A stretch of DNA of 64,000 bases. It comes from Marsupella aquatica (Eukaryota; Plantae; Marchantiophyta). Location: NCBI GenBank assembly GCA_973895155.1, contig OZ316896.1:13573469-13637468 (forward strand). Direction: 5' to 3'. The translations under genes and the position numbers were made by a program. The notes under the pieces are model-generated. The model did not search any database, had not been told where the DNA came from, and saw nothing but the letters and a program-made list of their open reading frames with translations. Below, piece by piece: positions 46,410 to 60,478 of this stretch (position 1 is the first letter of the stretch; each line of letters begins with the position of its first letter).

Positions 46410-49400
46410 TTCATTATCGATTATTACAGCATGCTCCAATTTCAGAAAGCAGCTGAGCGATTACAAGACAGCTGTTCACTTGAATAGGCTCGGTTCTTGG
46501 CTACAATGTGTCAATGTTGCTTGAGCCTGCATATTTAAGGCCCAGAGCTCGAAGTTATACAATTATTCAGGCAGCCGGCGAGGCAGCCGGTTCCCTTATT
46601 CTACACCTTGAACCATAATGAGAGCAGGGATAAATTTAGACAGCTGAACATGTAATCGTTCTCTGCTTAGGAAATTGTACGCAGGAGTACTCTGTAGTAA
46701 ATTTGCAATGGACTCTTAGGAGTGCCCTTGGAATTTGTAACGAATGATTGTGGAAGAAGTCAGGGCGTCTGTGACACCTTCGCCAAACACACTTCACAGG
46801 ACGTAATCGTTGGAGGGACTACATAAAGGGACTACTGTCATAAATTAAGTACAAGAATTGGTAAAAATTCATTTAAAACAAAAAGGAAGAATTGTAAAAC
46901 GATTTGGTTCGATGTGTGTAACTCTTGGGCTCTTTGGGTTTCTTGGGGTTATGTGTTTCTCTCCTTTTATTGAGTCTCTTGCTTTCGGATCCCGTCTCCA
47001 GTTTTGGCGAGTTTTGGCGCACTGTATTCTTTGGCAGTGTGATATATGTCATGTACGCGCTAATACTACGAAACAAAACTCGGAAGGAGGCTTCCGTCAT
47101 ACTCCAAAATGACGCACTCGGGCCCTCCATCCAGTCATGGCCTAAAATCCGACATGACAACAAACACAGCTACCAACCCCATCCAGCAAAGCTTAAGATG
47201 TCACCTGAAATTGTTCAATGGTAAACGAGACTGTTGCTAATTATTGAACTATAACGCCCCGGATTCATGCGCAAACTTCCCGAATTACTTAATATTGAAT
47301 TTGAGACGTTACAAAATGTCAAGTGCTCCAAGAAATCAAAGTATCATATTTGAAAGCTGGCCGGACTGGGATCCATAGAGAAGCTGGAACATCTACTCTA
47401 CTGGCAACTGCTGCGTCTTCTAAGGCAGGCGCACCATACTGACATTGAAAACTACAGTAGAGAATATCGACAACACACCACCGGATGAAAAATGGCAAAC
47501 GCTTCCTGATTAATTCATTAGCCATGCCCCCATAATTAACTCGAGCCTACGGCACGAGCGTTCCGTAGACAGAGAATGATGTCGGATTCCCAATGTGGTT
47601 AGCTAGGTGTAAATGGCAGTTCACTACTACATGCAAATTTTGTGAGTTACGGGACTTGTACTTTTTGGTTCTCTCTGAGAAAAATACAAGTCAGAGGAAT
47701 GTCTCAGTCCGATAGTTAGTACCTGGAGTTACAGATCATCGATATCGCTTTGATTGAACCTGCCAGACAACGAAAACGACTGCCATTGCATGATCGAGCT
47801 GGCATGAGATGACTGCTCTCTACCACGAAAGTGAGAGCCAAATCAACTAGTACGATGCATTCACCTTGAATTTGCAGCTAGAGCTCCCCTTCAGAAGTCT
47901 GAAGATATCCTACACGTGAATTGCTCCATTCTTCATAATTGGTCTCAGTAGTACAGCAAGGTCGAGCTGTCGGAGAACCTGAGGTTGGACTACGCATGCG
48001 TGACTTTATAACATGTCCTGTCCATAAACGAAGTTAGGTACGGTGCTAAAACTTACGTTAGAAAAGAACGAATGGAAAGAAGGTAAGAAATGAAGAAGGC
48101 CAAAGCCCAAAGGACTGCCTCACCAGAACGCGTAGTAGCACCAAACCTCGCTTCGTTTTTGGATCGACTTATAGAGACCTTCAGAAAACCTTCAGATAAA
48201 TCGTGTCACTAATAAACGAAGACCAAGAAACCAAGGTAATCCACCTGCGAAGAAGACCTTCGGAAGGCTAAAACATTTATTTGTAGGGTATCGACCTATG
48301 AAAAAGACCTCCAGAAGCAACTTCAGAAATTATAATTAATACTTAATATTTTTTCCGGGGATTTATGATAGAAGAAGACCAAGAAAACGTAGCTCACCTT
48401 TGATCGAGAATCATAGACTTTCCAGAGTCGTTTGTGTTATGACTATATCACTTGTACATTGGGACTTCGCAGAGCAAAAGCGGCGGTTAGTTGGCTAGAT
48501 CGAATACCCAGACTTCTTAGCAAGCAAGCAAGTCATCAATAAGAGGAGCGAAGCAGCTGTTTCGTCCCCTAGAATGCCGGTGCTTCAGAACAAAATGCGC
48601 ACGTATTTCAAGAGAATGGCCGGGGCTTGCTGGATGCTTCACCCCGGGTCCCTACCACGAGGAAGTGGTTGATCACAATTGCAGGGATCGAGGGAGCGCG
48701 AACAGATTCCAATACCTGCTGGATTGAAGCACTCTTCTTGGACATTGTACACAAAGACGCTTAACGAGACCATGGAAGGTGCATATATGCAGGTGCCACA
48801 GGGAAGTGTTCTGCTTTTGCAAAAGCTGCCGAATGAGTCAATTGGACGGTCTGTTAAACGTGTTAATTTGCTACGAAGATCAAAGCCCTCGGACGCCTAC
48901 ACCTGCAGGTCATATACTGCTTCAGACCCTGCTCCCGTCAGACCTCAGCGCGCTACGATTTCCATGCTCCTGCAGCCACACAGACCTCATTCCGACAGCA
49001 AACAAAAACATCTCGTCACATACAGACTCGGCAGAGCTATCTTCTAGCTTGTTCGTCCTACTCATGCATCGTCAAATCCAAGACGAGCAGCTCGCACATA
49101 TGTCGAATTTTGAGCAGTGCTGTTGAGGCTCACGACCTGACCGAACAACCTGATGATGATTCTCGGAACCATGGCCATTCGGATCATGTACAACCTCAGA
49201 ATGAAGTTCTCTAACTCATCTCTCCTCTCACTTAGGGCATCTCCCAAGTGATGATGTGGTCGACATCTTGAATCTTCTTCGGGCGTCCGATCTCAGATTC
49301 GGGGGTGACCCAGTCTTGCAAGATACCCACCATTTTGCCTCGACCACCCTGAGCACCCTCCTGAAAAACGCGGAAGGGCCATCCTTATCCGAGAAAACTT

Positions 49401-49562
49401 CTCCGGAGGTATATGATTATGAATCTTCAGGCTTCCAGATCTACGGCTGCCATCCTAGAAAGTTACTCTCTGTGTATCCCCATGCAATTGAAATCATATG
49501 AACGAAGAACTTAGTCGATCACTTGAGTAATTTTCGATATGTACTCATGGTATAAACTTCTT

Positions 49563-52500
49563 CTTTTTTTTGCCTCCAAAGAACCAAATGAATTCCATTC
49601 ACATAGCCAACATACAAAAAGGGGGGGCCCACAAAGGGCACCAACCCAAGGGACCGGAGGTCAGCTTGCAGAAACCGGTGGGGCCGGGACCAGGGAGAAA
49701 GCTGAGCCCATAAGGGGCAACTAAACAAGTAATTTAGAAACTACACTCGGAGCAGCACACTCCTAAAGACCGGCCAGTGACCAGGTTCCGGCGGGGTTCC
49801 TGCCAGTGGATCCGTGCGGGAGCAGAGCTCCAAACAGTCAGTCTGTAGTGCAACTTCCAAACCTGAACAACCAAAGTGACTCATGGTGGTCGTGGAGGTA
49901 CTGGTGGGACTTGAAGGGATTCCTCATGGAGTTCCCAAAGGCCAGCCCAGGTGCCATAGTGAAACGCCATCTCGTTGTGCGCCTCCCTTGAAGTGATCTT
50001 TCCAGCCTGGATACGAACTTTAATCCGACCCCAATCACGACGTAGGTAGATTCCGAGTCGATGCCAAGATTTTCTGATAACTCTTGTGGGTGGGGTCGGG
50101 TGTGTTCAATGAAGTGGGTACCTCTGTCCTTCCACAAGTTCCAGCAGATAATAGCCCTTAAGGTATGCCACAGCTTCATGGGGATGTCCCAATGCTCCGG
50201 TAGGGGCTCCCCGACAAAAATGTGGACTGGCTGTAGGTGAATAAGATTTCCCCTAGAACAGGCACATAGCTGTAGCACAAAATGAACCCACCTCCAGACT
50301 ATCTGCGACTGATTGCAGCTCCAAATGCAGTGAACGATATCTTCCTGTTGGTTAGTGCCACACCGGGTGCACCAGGTGGCCGGATTGGTTGATGGTAGTC
50401 TCGGGAACCTCCAGTGCTGTGTTGCAGGTATATCCTGTAAATCAGTTGCCACAAGTAGCAATTCTCGCTAGCAGCTCGGAAAGGTAGCCATGTACAGCCC
50501 AGAGCGTCCGTGGGTGGGGCTGCCAATTCAATCTGATGGCCCATTTGTGAATCGCTTTGTGGAGTGTTCCATTGAGTGGCGCCTGAATTTCATGTAAGTG
50601 GGCGGTGTTAGTTTCCAGAAAGGAGAGTCTGTCCTTCCATTCGTGCTGCAACAGAGGTGCCAACAATCCATGGGGCCTTCCAACGCGGTGCATGTTGTTG
50701 GAAGCTCGGTTGCCGTTCCTGGTCAACACCCAGTGCAAGATGACATCTGCCGGAGGAGCAATGGTATCCAATTTGCGAAGAGTGTCATTGACCACCCTAA
50801 AGGTACGTCTGGGGTGAGCAATGTCATTGAACCACTGCCATTGGGACGTAATGCGGTGTCTGGGTACCTGGTATTCCCAGATGTAAAGAGTCCCACATGG
50901 CAGTCGGGCCTCCATGAAGAGAGGGACGAGTTCCCCAGGATTCCTGTGTAGCTCAGGCACAGTACGAAGGTTAGCAATTAACTTACGATACGCAGAGGAG
51001 CAATTTGGGGGAAGCATAGCGTTAGGTCCATCCTCCCAGTTGATGAATTGCCCCCTCCCATCCAAGACGTCTCTCATGGCAACAAAGCCAGCCCTCCTGA
51101 TATTCCTCTGTGGATTGCTCCGACATTTGGCTTGATTTGCGTGGATGTGGTTAATGTGCGGTTGCCAAAGGGGAAGGTCACTCCATCCTTCCAGATGCGC
51201 AGGAGATGTAGCTCTCAGATTTTTCTTGATGACGTTCCACCCTGTGCATACATTGGTCCACACTTTGGACCCATTCAGTGGAAGAGTGTGGCACTGCGAA
51301 AAGACCCAGGTATAATCTTCCACTCCCCATTTCCGCTTAGAAAGCTGCTTGATCTCATGCTGGAGAATTCGACATAGGGGGTGATCTCCTCCGGACAGTG
51401 CCCAAATAATGAAGTTCCCGACCAGTGCTCTGAATTGTGCTGCAACTGAAATGAGTCCAAGGCCCCCTTGGCCTTTTGGCCTTGTGATCGTGGCGAAATC
51501 GACCCTCGATCGAGCTCTGGTATTCTGCCCTGCCCAGACGAATGTTGTGATCTTTCGTTGAAGTGCAACCAGGGTACTATGTTGGCCAGCCCAAATAGTC
51601 AACATAAACCACAAGGTGCTCATGACGAGGTGATTTGCCACTGTGACCCGGGCGATGAGCGACCCCGAGCTCTTCCGGACCCTATCTAATCTGGATTCAA
51701 CCTTTTTGGTCAGGGAGGAGACCATTTGGACTTCAAAGATGTTCTGAGCAATCGGAATGCCTAATAGCTTCATGGTTGTGGCATCGTCTTCCCACTGCCA
51801 AGGGAGTCTCCTAAATTCAATGGGTATTCTGCGAGGAGAAATGAACGCTGCCTTTGTTTTCTCCCATACACACACCAGCCCAGATGCCACCCCGAAAAGT
51901 TGAAGGAGTCGCTTGCAACTTTCCACATTTTCCATGTAAGCTCTGATCAGCATGGCGAGGTCGTCTGCGTAAAGATTGTGTACATTATGTACTGCTACGG
52001 TTTGGATGTTGACGCCTTGGATAGTGCCCCTGTCTACTGCCCAATTGATCATCCAGTTGAGAGCATTGATAGCGATAAGGAATAGAAGAGGAGACAGAGG
52101 GCAGCCTTGTCTAACCGATCTGGCAAGACCAAAGGGTGCCGCCATACGGCCGTTGAGGAGTACAGCAGAGGATGCCGATGCATGAGTGGCTCTCAGGAAA
52201 TCCATAAGCAGTCCATCAAAACCAGCTTTCTCCATTATGGACATCAAAAAGGGCCATTCAAGTTTGTCGAACGCCTTGGCGACATCCAATTTCATCAGAA
52301 TGTAGTCCAATCCGGATGTTTCAGCGTGATGTAACATTTTATTGAGCAGCATCAAAGAGTGGTGTATGTTTCAACCTGGTAGAAAAGCAAATTGTTGGGG
52401 CGAAATGAATCTCTGCAGGACTGGGATCAATCTCAGTTGGAAAGCTTTCGCCCCGATCTTGTGAACCACATTTAGCAGGGTAATGGGTCGTTTGTTGGTT

Positions 52501-53510
52501 AAGTAGCGCTGGTCATCTTTCTTGCGGAGAAGGACAATGAAACCTCGAATGTATTCAAAGGAAAAGTACCCCTCGGCCAGACCTTGATTAAGCGCTCTGA
52601 GAAGGGAGTGTCCCACCGTGTTCCATTGCGCCACAAAGAATTCCACAGGGACCCCATCCGGACCGGGGCAAGTATGGCTTGCCAAAGCAACGGCTGCCCT
52701 GCTAAGCTCATCCAACGGTAATGGCTCATTTAGTGAATCCTGCTCCTCCGTGGTGATGCATTTGTGTTGAAGCTCCAGGACCCGTGAAATCGGCTCCCAC
52801 TGCGCCCCCTCCGATTGGCCCAATATTTCTTTGAAAAAATTGGTTGTTGTGGCCGCCATCCCCTCCCAGTCGCTGATTAAACGATTCTCCTTGGTAAACA
52901 ATTGAGTGATCTCATTTTTCATGGCCATTCCTTTAAATGTTCTGAAGAAGAGTCGGGAGCATTTGTCTCCCTCTCCAATCCACCGAGACTGAAGGATGTA
53001 ATCCATCCATTGGACCTTCTCTGCTTCGAATTCATGAAGCAACGCCTCAGCCGCCTGCAGTGCAGCTTGATGCGTAGTGTCCTGTGGTTCCCGTTCAAGT
53101 TGTAGTTGTGCGTGAGTAAGCGAGGCACGAAGTGTTACCTCCCTCAGGCGTCTTTCCAAGGCCTTCCTTTTCCCCCAACTCCTGTCAAATTTGCGTGTTT
53201 TTGCAAGGCATCGGATTAGTGTCTTGGAGGCCGTGAGCCCTTGCCTGTTGCACAATTCCTCCTCCCATTTCCACATGCGGGAAATGCGTTCCTGATAATC
53301 GCTTCGAGTCTGGTGACTGACGTTCATACGATGCTGGGAGTAGCGCTTAACAGGCACTAGTGGGGTAATCCTGGCCAGGACCGGAGCATGGTCAGATAGG
53401 GGGATTTCGGGGATGATGGTGGATGAAATGTCAAAAGCATCTTTAACAGCCCCCTTGGAAGCGTAGATTCTATCGAGCCTCCGGAGCACCCAACCTCCTA
53501 ACGTAGACGC
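49563..53510 (-). mobile_element. 5'-truncated L1-clade LINE (ORF2: endonuclease end, RT, zf-RVT)
   Basis: RRLDRIY and LSDHAPV (APE end); CPGPDG, RPITLLN, KLDVAKAFD, VRQGCPLSP, LYADD (RT); WCTRC..EDIVHCIWSC. A8 tail at 49564-49571. 17-bp TSD CATGGTATAAACTTCTT at 49546-49562 and 53511-53527. In-frame TGA at 52371 and frameshifts near 50430-50490. Confidence 0.95.
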
Positions 53511-55335
53511 CATGGTATAAACTTCTTGATGCAGTGTTGTCTTGGTGAACATAATGAGAAACTGGTTTGCCATTCAATCCAGATTCGGTACTGGCTAGAA
53601 TGTCCATGGGCCTTGAGCTTGAGAATGAGTGAAACGAGACAAACTATATTAAACTTCCAAGACGAGAACGTCACGAGCAAGTTCTCCATGTATATGCCTC
53701 CTGACCTGTAACTCTGAATCGAGCTATGGATTTATCAATCCTCTTCTCTCCTCCCGATGAGGAGAAGGATGGGAGGAGAATGATAAGGTTGATGCGGAGA
53801 GGACAAACAAATATTAGGTTGACAAAGAGAGGGACAGAAGAAAAAAGGGTGACTGGAGAGAACTTCCCTTCTCATTTGGTACTTACTCTGAAATAAATGC
53901 TTGGATGCCTAAACCCTAAAGGAGGCAAGGTCACCGACTCCCTTTCGGAAACTAGACCGGACATCGGGGCCGTCTTTGGTATTTCGAAATCCGGGAGGTT
54001 CTTGAATGACGCCAGATCTTATCAGGTAACGTTCTAAAGTTCAAAAGTTCACAAAAGATTGGAGGCTTACATCACCTAGCCAGGAAACTACGCTAATTTG
54101 GAAGTAAATGATTTGGACTTTTTCACTACAATACTCTATCAGATCAGGTCACGAGCCTCTCACTGTTTCATGGGTGCAGCATGAAAAGTTCAACGAATGC
54201 ACAGTGAAGCGACAGTTGATCAACATCATCATGGAGGAGAACCCAAAGCTCACAGAGAACGACGCTATTCGGCAGGCAGAACAATATGCACAATTAAGTC
54301 TACACGAAACCACAAAATCAATTCTGGGCTGTGCGTGGCCAAACCATGAACTCAAAAGGATCATGCTCACACTTCCACAGTTGGACATTAGTCTTTGTGG
54401 ACGGTCTTCAGAGCAAAGAGTGGACCATGTGAAAACTAATGGATCCAATTCCGTATTTGACAAGTTGAAATCGGTGAGATTGTTTAGCTGCTAAGGGAGC
54501 TTTCCAGAGAGTGCTTTTAGAGAATCATCTCGCGATCCGTCCATTAAGACCAACTATTTTGTGCCACCTCTATCAATTGCGAAGGATATTTTTTGGGTAT
54601 TGGAACTGGGTGCGCAAATTTCCTCGTCACCTTAGAATCTTTGGATGGGATAGCAATTGTACTAGCTGGATAGTGCCTTCATATTCAATATCGAAAGACA
54701 GTTATGTAATTTAATTTGTTGAAGTTTCTACTGAGGCCCCTCCTGTCTTTGTCTCAATGTCCACGGGTACGTTGATGCCCGCGCTGAAGATTTGAAATGG
54801 GTTTCGACATGACTTAAAATCACCATTAAGGATTAAACATCAGTATTTTTAGACAGATGTGATTATAAGATGCATTCCTAAACGCAAAATGCTGACAATT
54901 GAGGTTATTCATATTTCAGAAAACAACCATTTGATAGGCTTCAAAAATGCAAGAATGTGCTCCAGACTATTATCCTACAAAGGGATTCATCAACACAATG
55001 ACCTCCTCTCTGTGAGCTATAGCTCTAATGCGCTAAATGTCCAAAAGAATGACAGCCCTAGGGCAGTGGAAAATCAATAGCATGCAATTGGCAGCTTCTG
55101 GCATCCACATTTTTTACGTACCAACCTATGATTGTGGAGTGGGCTGGCAAGCAACAACAATCGATACTACTCTAGTTCAGATACCAAAAGAATGACTTCG
55201 TAGAACATTAGAAACCATGACCTTTGTTGTCTCCAATTCCAATTCTCCAAGCTGTTGGCCGGCCTAAAAGTTCTCAAAATATAATGTACAGAAAACGTCG
55301 GAGCTATGCCTCTTGAGGGAGATGGGTTCGTCCTA

Positions 55336-58300
55336 CTAGTAGATACCTCTGTAGGCATGCCACTTCAGCTGCAGTTGCATCCACAAAGGAGAAACACCGC
55401 AAACTCCCCTGCTAAGTTTTGGATCGAACACATTAAAATTGCATTGCTCTAGCGACTGCAGCAGTAGGCCAGCGGGGACCTGCAAGACAACAGATTGTCA
55501 CAAGACTCCCATCTCTCTTTTATCATAGATATGCAAAAGGGTTCATTGGTCAGCTGGAAAGATTGAAACCAATCTCTTGAGTCATACCGCAGGTAGAAGT
55601 ACCGCAGCAGCCTCTTTGGGTACTGAACTGGAGAGTGCACGAGCCTTTTCTAAGTGGGCATTAGCAACCGAAGCGACCTGCCACAAAACGATAAAAAAAA
55701 TTAAACGGCATTACGACGATCCCGGAGTGTTTGCAGGTAGCACGAATCCTCTGTTGTATGCATGTCTATCTTGTATGATTGAGCCCAACCTTCACCGTAT
55801 TTCTTCAATAAGTCGGAATTATGTGATCCAGACTGCTTAAACATGTGGACATATTCAGTTTTACACCCACCCAAAGTCTAAAATGAAACTCGAGGTCGTC
55901 TCACCTCATGTACCGCATCAGCAAGAGACTCCACATTCTGTCCCCGATATATTTCCTCTTGAGAGACTCCAAACTGTGGATCAAACAAACACAGAATGCT
56001 CAGTACAGCTCATTTGATGGGATTAGAACTCCACACAGGCACAATCGAGCTCCCGCAATTGATAATGTGACCCCAAACTGATGTTCGCTAAGCTTGAATT
56101 CATGTAGTCGTATCTTATGGAATTTTTACTGACAACCTTCAAGCAAAGCAAATTATTCAACTCTTCGGCACTGTCAAAACAATAAACAGACCACAATCCT
56201 GAGAATCATGTTTGCAATATTCCTTTCCCGCTCTGATCAGCATTGTGAAAAGGCATTCCGCATCTATTCATACGAAATTTCTGGCAGCAAATTTCAGGCA
56301 TGGTGCCATAAACCTACCAAATTAGACGTGCTCTAAGCCGATGTAATGTAGCATCAGTGGTTCGTTAAAGCTTTTAATGTTTCTGTGGTTTGTACAGTTA
56401 CAATCGGAGGTATTTGACTGGAATGAGGAAGCGACCTCCTTGCATACATCAGAGCCCCATACCGCTTAAGAAACACAATCTCGTTTCAAAATATGAACGG
56501 CATCCTTCTCATTGCGCTGTAACCCCATTGTTGATTTCGTCTTTACATTTGACCAAATGAATACGTAACCACTAGTCGAATTCAGGTTCGTCAGTCATAA
56601 ACCTATTGGAATATGCAAAAAAGAATTGGATTTCACAGGAGATCCAACCTTCGCAGCTATTTCAACTGGTATGTAAGTGCGACGTTTCGCACCATGGACT
56701 GGGGTGGCCCGGAGCAGCAAAGCAAGCCCTTCAGCCTTCCCTGCAGATCCCTTCCAGAAAATTATTACTTTCTTCATCTTAATTGATGAGACGGCATACT
56801 AGACCCTGCGATATGATCCAGAACGCAGATCTGAAGGTAAATGACAAAATACCCAAGGAGGCCTTATCAAGTACATATGAAGGCTACACTGAAAGTTTTA
56901 CATCCACAATGTACAAGCGTTCTGCCCTTCGACAAACCTGACTGGAAGCTAGCAATTTACCAATATGAGACGCTGCATGATCTGCTGCAGTATTGAGAAC
57001 ACCTGCAGACTCTAAGGTCAGATACATGAGCGTGGAAGCAGTATTCTCCGCATACCTACACATTTTCATCAGGCAATTGGTGATTGCTTTCATTACTGCG
57101 GACTCCTATATTTGCATTAAAGAGAGGAACAGAAGGAAAATGTTGACCCAAGATAATCATCTTCCCAGACTTTGAATGAGCTACTACTTGTGATAACAAA
57201 CCTAGAAGGCCAGCGGCAACTTCGATCAACATGCAATACAAAACGAAGGTAGAGCAATCTGAAAAGAATGCCAGAAATTACCCATAAGCGAAGACAAAGC
57301 ATTACCGTTCAACCTCCATAACACTCACAGGTGCTGTCGTCATCTCCAAATCGGAAACCTGCCAATCGCACAGGATGTAAGAGGTGAGAGGCGAGATTCA
57401 CTTGAGCAGATAATCTCCTTACAGGTAATCTACTGTAGAGGTCAACGAAAGTGGTGCACATAGAAATAGATCCCAACCAAGTTTTTCCTGTCCTAAGAGT
57501 CAATAATGCAACAAATTCAGGGCTAGCCTTGCTGACATACCCGTGCCTCGATGAGGCGGGAGAACCAGTGCTTGCTAAGTCGATGGTCAGCAATCACAGA
57601 GGCAAGGGCCTTTGCAACGGGGTGTTCAACGGGTGCTTTCTGCACATCAAACAAGCTGTTGTCATAGGTTTCATTTCCGCATTGCTTATGACTGGTCCTT
57701 CCAGATATCTTCTATTGCTCCCATGCAATCACAAACCCAGCTAGGCAAAAGAGCGACAGGTGCAAACCCCTCTATTTCCGGATTAGGGCACAGAGTATCA
57801 TGCGTGCGAGCACCAAACCAAGCCCTTGGCCTGGTTGAGGAATCTTAGCAAGATTTCATGGAAGAAATCTTACCTTGTACATGCCCTCCACAGCATCCCT
57901 CCACCATATAAGACGCATCACAGCAAGGTTCGGGTCTCGAGCACTATCACCAGCCTGCGATAGTCTTACCGTACAATCAGCAACACGATGAAACATCTTC
58001 CAGCTATCTTGACAGCTTCTTAGAGAAATTCCATGATTTAAAGCAGCAGCTATGTCTGGGCTGGGTCACTGTTCAACACTCACTTTGGCAGTCTCCACAT
58101 TGAATGCCCGAATGGCAAACGCAGCTCGACGAATTGATGCAGGCAAGTGAAGCAAAGACAGATAGTGCTCATAGTCATATTTTCTGCCAAAACGGAAGAC
58201 ATCTTAGATCGCTGTCGAGCTCAGAATCCTGGTCGCCAGCTACAAATTAAGGTGTTGAAAGAGCATCCAAGCTCAGCGCTAATTACACCTTTCAAGCTAT

Positions 58301-58518
58301 CTTCTCAATCCGAGCAACAAGTAAGTCCTCCCAAAGGCTTCAGATCAATAATCAGGACAAATGGCCACCCACATTTCAAACAGATCTTAAACCCCGTCAT
58401 GAGTGGATCTAAAACCCCATCATCCCGAGTACACGATGTCAACTCACCGAACTTGCTGCACGCAGTAGGAAAAAGCCGAGCGCAATTGGACGCTGCTAGC
58501 TGCCGAACTACTGCTCAT
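55336..58518 (-). CDS. NDUFAF6: NADH dehydrogenase complex I assembly factor 6 (squalene/phytoene synthase fold), multi-exon
   Basis: Exons: [24 protein letters not shown] | [33 protein letters not shown] | ...[15 protein letters not shown] | ...[34 protein letters not shown] | ...[17 protein letters not shown] | FGVSQEEIY | [13 protein letters not shown] | [20 protein letters not shown]...RGIY*. Confidence 0.9.
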
Positions 58519-60079
58519 TTGGGCGATTGAAAATGCCCCTTGCTACCTACTAGATGGTGACTGCAGAAAACATCGTCAAAAATCAATACCCATTTGCAAT
58601 GCATTAGGCCTGAAAAAGTACTTCAGAGGTCCCGAGACACAGAATGAATCAATCAATCAATTCATGAAATGCTTTGAAGGCTACTAGACCACTGGTCAGC
58701 TCAAGCGAAGGAAAGGGCCTCTATAGGGTCAGAAAATCGATGCGAAAAGAGTAACAACGCAGAGTGGTCATCACCGTCTCTAAACTCATCCCTGTACAGT
58801 GAAGCCACTGATGAGGTTATTATGGCTGGATGATGATAAGATGTAGAGCTTCACGTACTGTACATGACCGTCCGCAAATTCTCTGCTGATAATGCAGTGT
58901 TCTGAGAATTTCTGAAAAACGGCAGAGAGTAAGTTAGTGGCAAGAGAGCTATCCCAACCTCCAAGCCACAAACGATCGTGCCGTCTATTTGGGTCGAAGC
59001 TTCAAGAGTTGTTCAGTCTTTCTATGAAGCTTTGATAGGAGCTTCTCACAACCGTCTGTGTACTCTCAGTCAAGCTCTACGTTTTCAATACAGATTATCG
59101 CTCTTGAAAGTTGTCGAGCTTTTCACAAGTGCTGCCTGGAGGCCTTCAGCGACACAAGCAACAGGTTATGAGTCATTGTGTGATCTGTTGTCAAGCTTTT
59201 CTCCATGTCTTGTGTGTGCTATGGCTATTTTTAATCTCTTTAATATTCACTACATTGCCATTAAATTTGTAATCTTTTTCCATTGCTAAATAAGCAAAGT
59301 GACTCTAGTTAGCTAGAAACAATCTGACATTCAAGGCCTGGCTAGGTTCACCAGTGGACGGTCATGTGTGTCTCTAATAAGATCTTACCCTTGACATTGG
59401 GTTACCCATTTCTGACCCTCAACATTGGGGGGTTGGGTCTCTTACTTTGCTCCTACCCGACTGGCTCTCCCCCACTCCCCTGTCCCCTCTGGTCGCATTA
59501 TACATGGGAGACAACTACGGAGGGGCAATGAGGAGGCAGCTTATTAGTAGGCGATAACATGCATGGGAAAGACCACATGCATAGGGGCAGTGGCTACCAC
59601 AAAATGCTTTTGGGTGCTTAAATGGGGACGATTGCAGTTAAGTAAATTCTCCACATGGGCAAGAGATGTGCCTGAGAAGCATGATGATTGCCACCAAGGG
59701 TTGGGAAGGGGAGATGAGGGGTAGGGAACTTGGTATCCTTGATGTATACTATTTCTCTTGCAATGGTGTGATCAAACCAATGTTCACCGTAGTCAGGGGA
59801 TAGTTTAGCTACTTTAGTTGAAACCTCAATTGATTGCCACCACACAGCATTGACAACCAGGCCACATTGACAAAGTAGTCAAAATGAGAATTGTGCAAAG
59901 TAGGGGCATTGAGCTCAAATGTGCACCTTGCCTCCATGACAATTCCTTCCTAAATGACTGTTATCTGAAATACATACTTTTGCATCAATTAGTGACACAT
60001 AAGATGCCTTAACAACTTTCATTCTTGCCTATACATTATTTCATTGCCTCACCTCAACCATTTTTGTGCAACACACACG

Positions 60080-60230
60080 CATTGGGCTTGTATTTCATAA
60101 TAGGGTGTAAGATCAGAGCCATCTTGTTTGTCAATTTTTATTTGCATGTCATTGCCTTGGGTTTGTATTTCATGATAGGGTGTAAGATTAGAGCCATCTT
60201 GTTTGTCAAGATTTATTTGCATGTCATTGG
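60080..60230. repeat. Tandem duplication of about 77 bp
   Basis: TTGGG.TTGTATTTCAT.ATAGGGTGTAAGAT.AGAGCCATCTTGTTTGTCAA twice. Confidence 0.85.
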
Positions 60231-60478
60231 CGTCACTTTCTCAATCAGACTTGTGAATATGTGATGGGCACTTAGGTCTGGCCTGAATTGGTGCATGTGT
60301 ATTTGTAGTCGTGGTAAATTTGTTTTTCAGCCTTACAAGATTGTCTCTTTTAGGTGTCCTTCAAGGCACTCATATCTCTCTCCTATTAATAAGATGCCAG
60401 GGCCCACTTGTAGGCCAAAAACCTTAGGGCCGCAAGCATGCCCAAATGGTTGTAACTATACGCATTGCTACTTGACAC

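Noticed and set aside
47900-49545. AGAAGACCTTCAGAA-like subrepeats and short ORFs, possible LTR element hosting the LINE
   Set aside because: No LTR pair, PBS or retroviral motif could be identified by eye.
54108-54494. 128-aa ORF with protein-like composition
   Set aside because: No motif, homologue in the window or splice context to support it.
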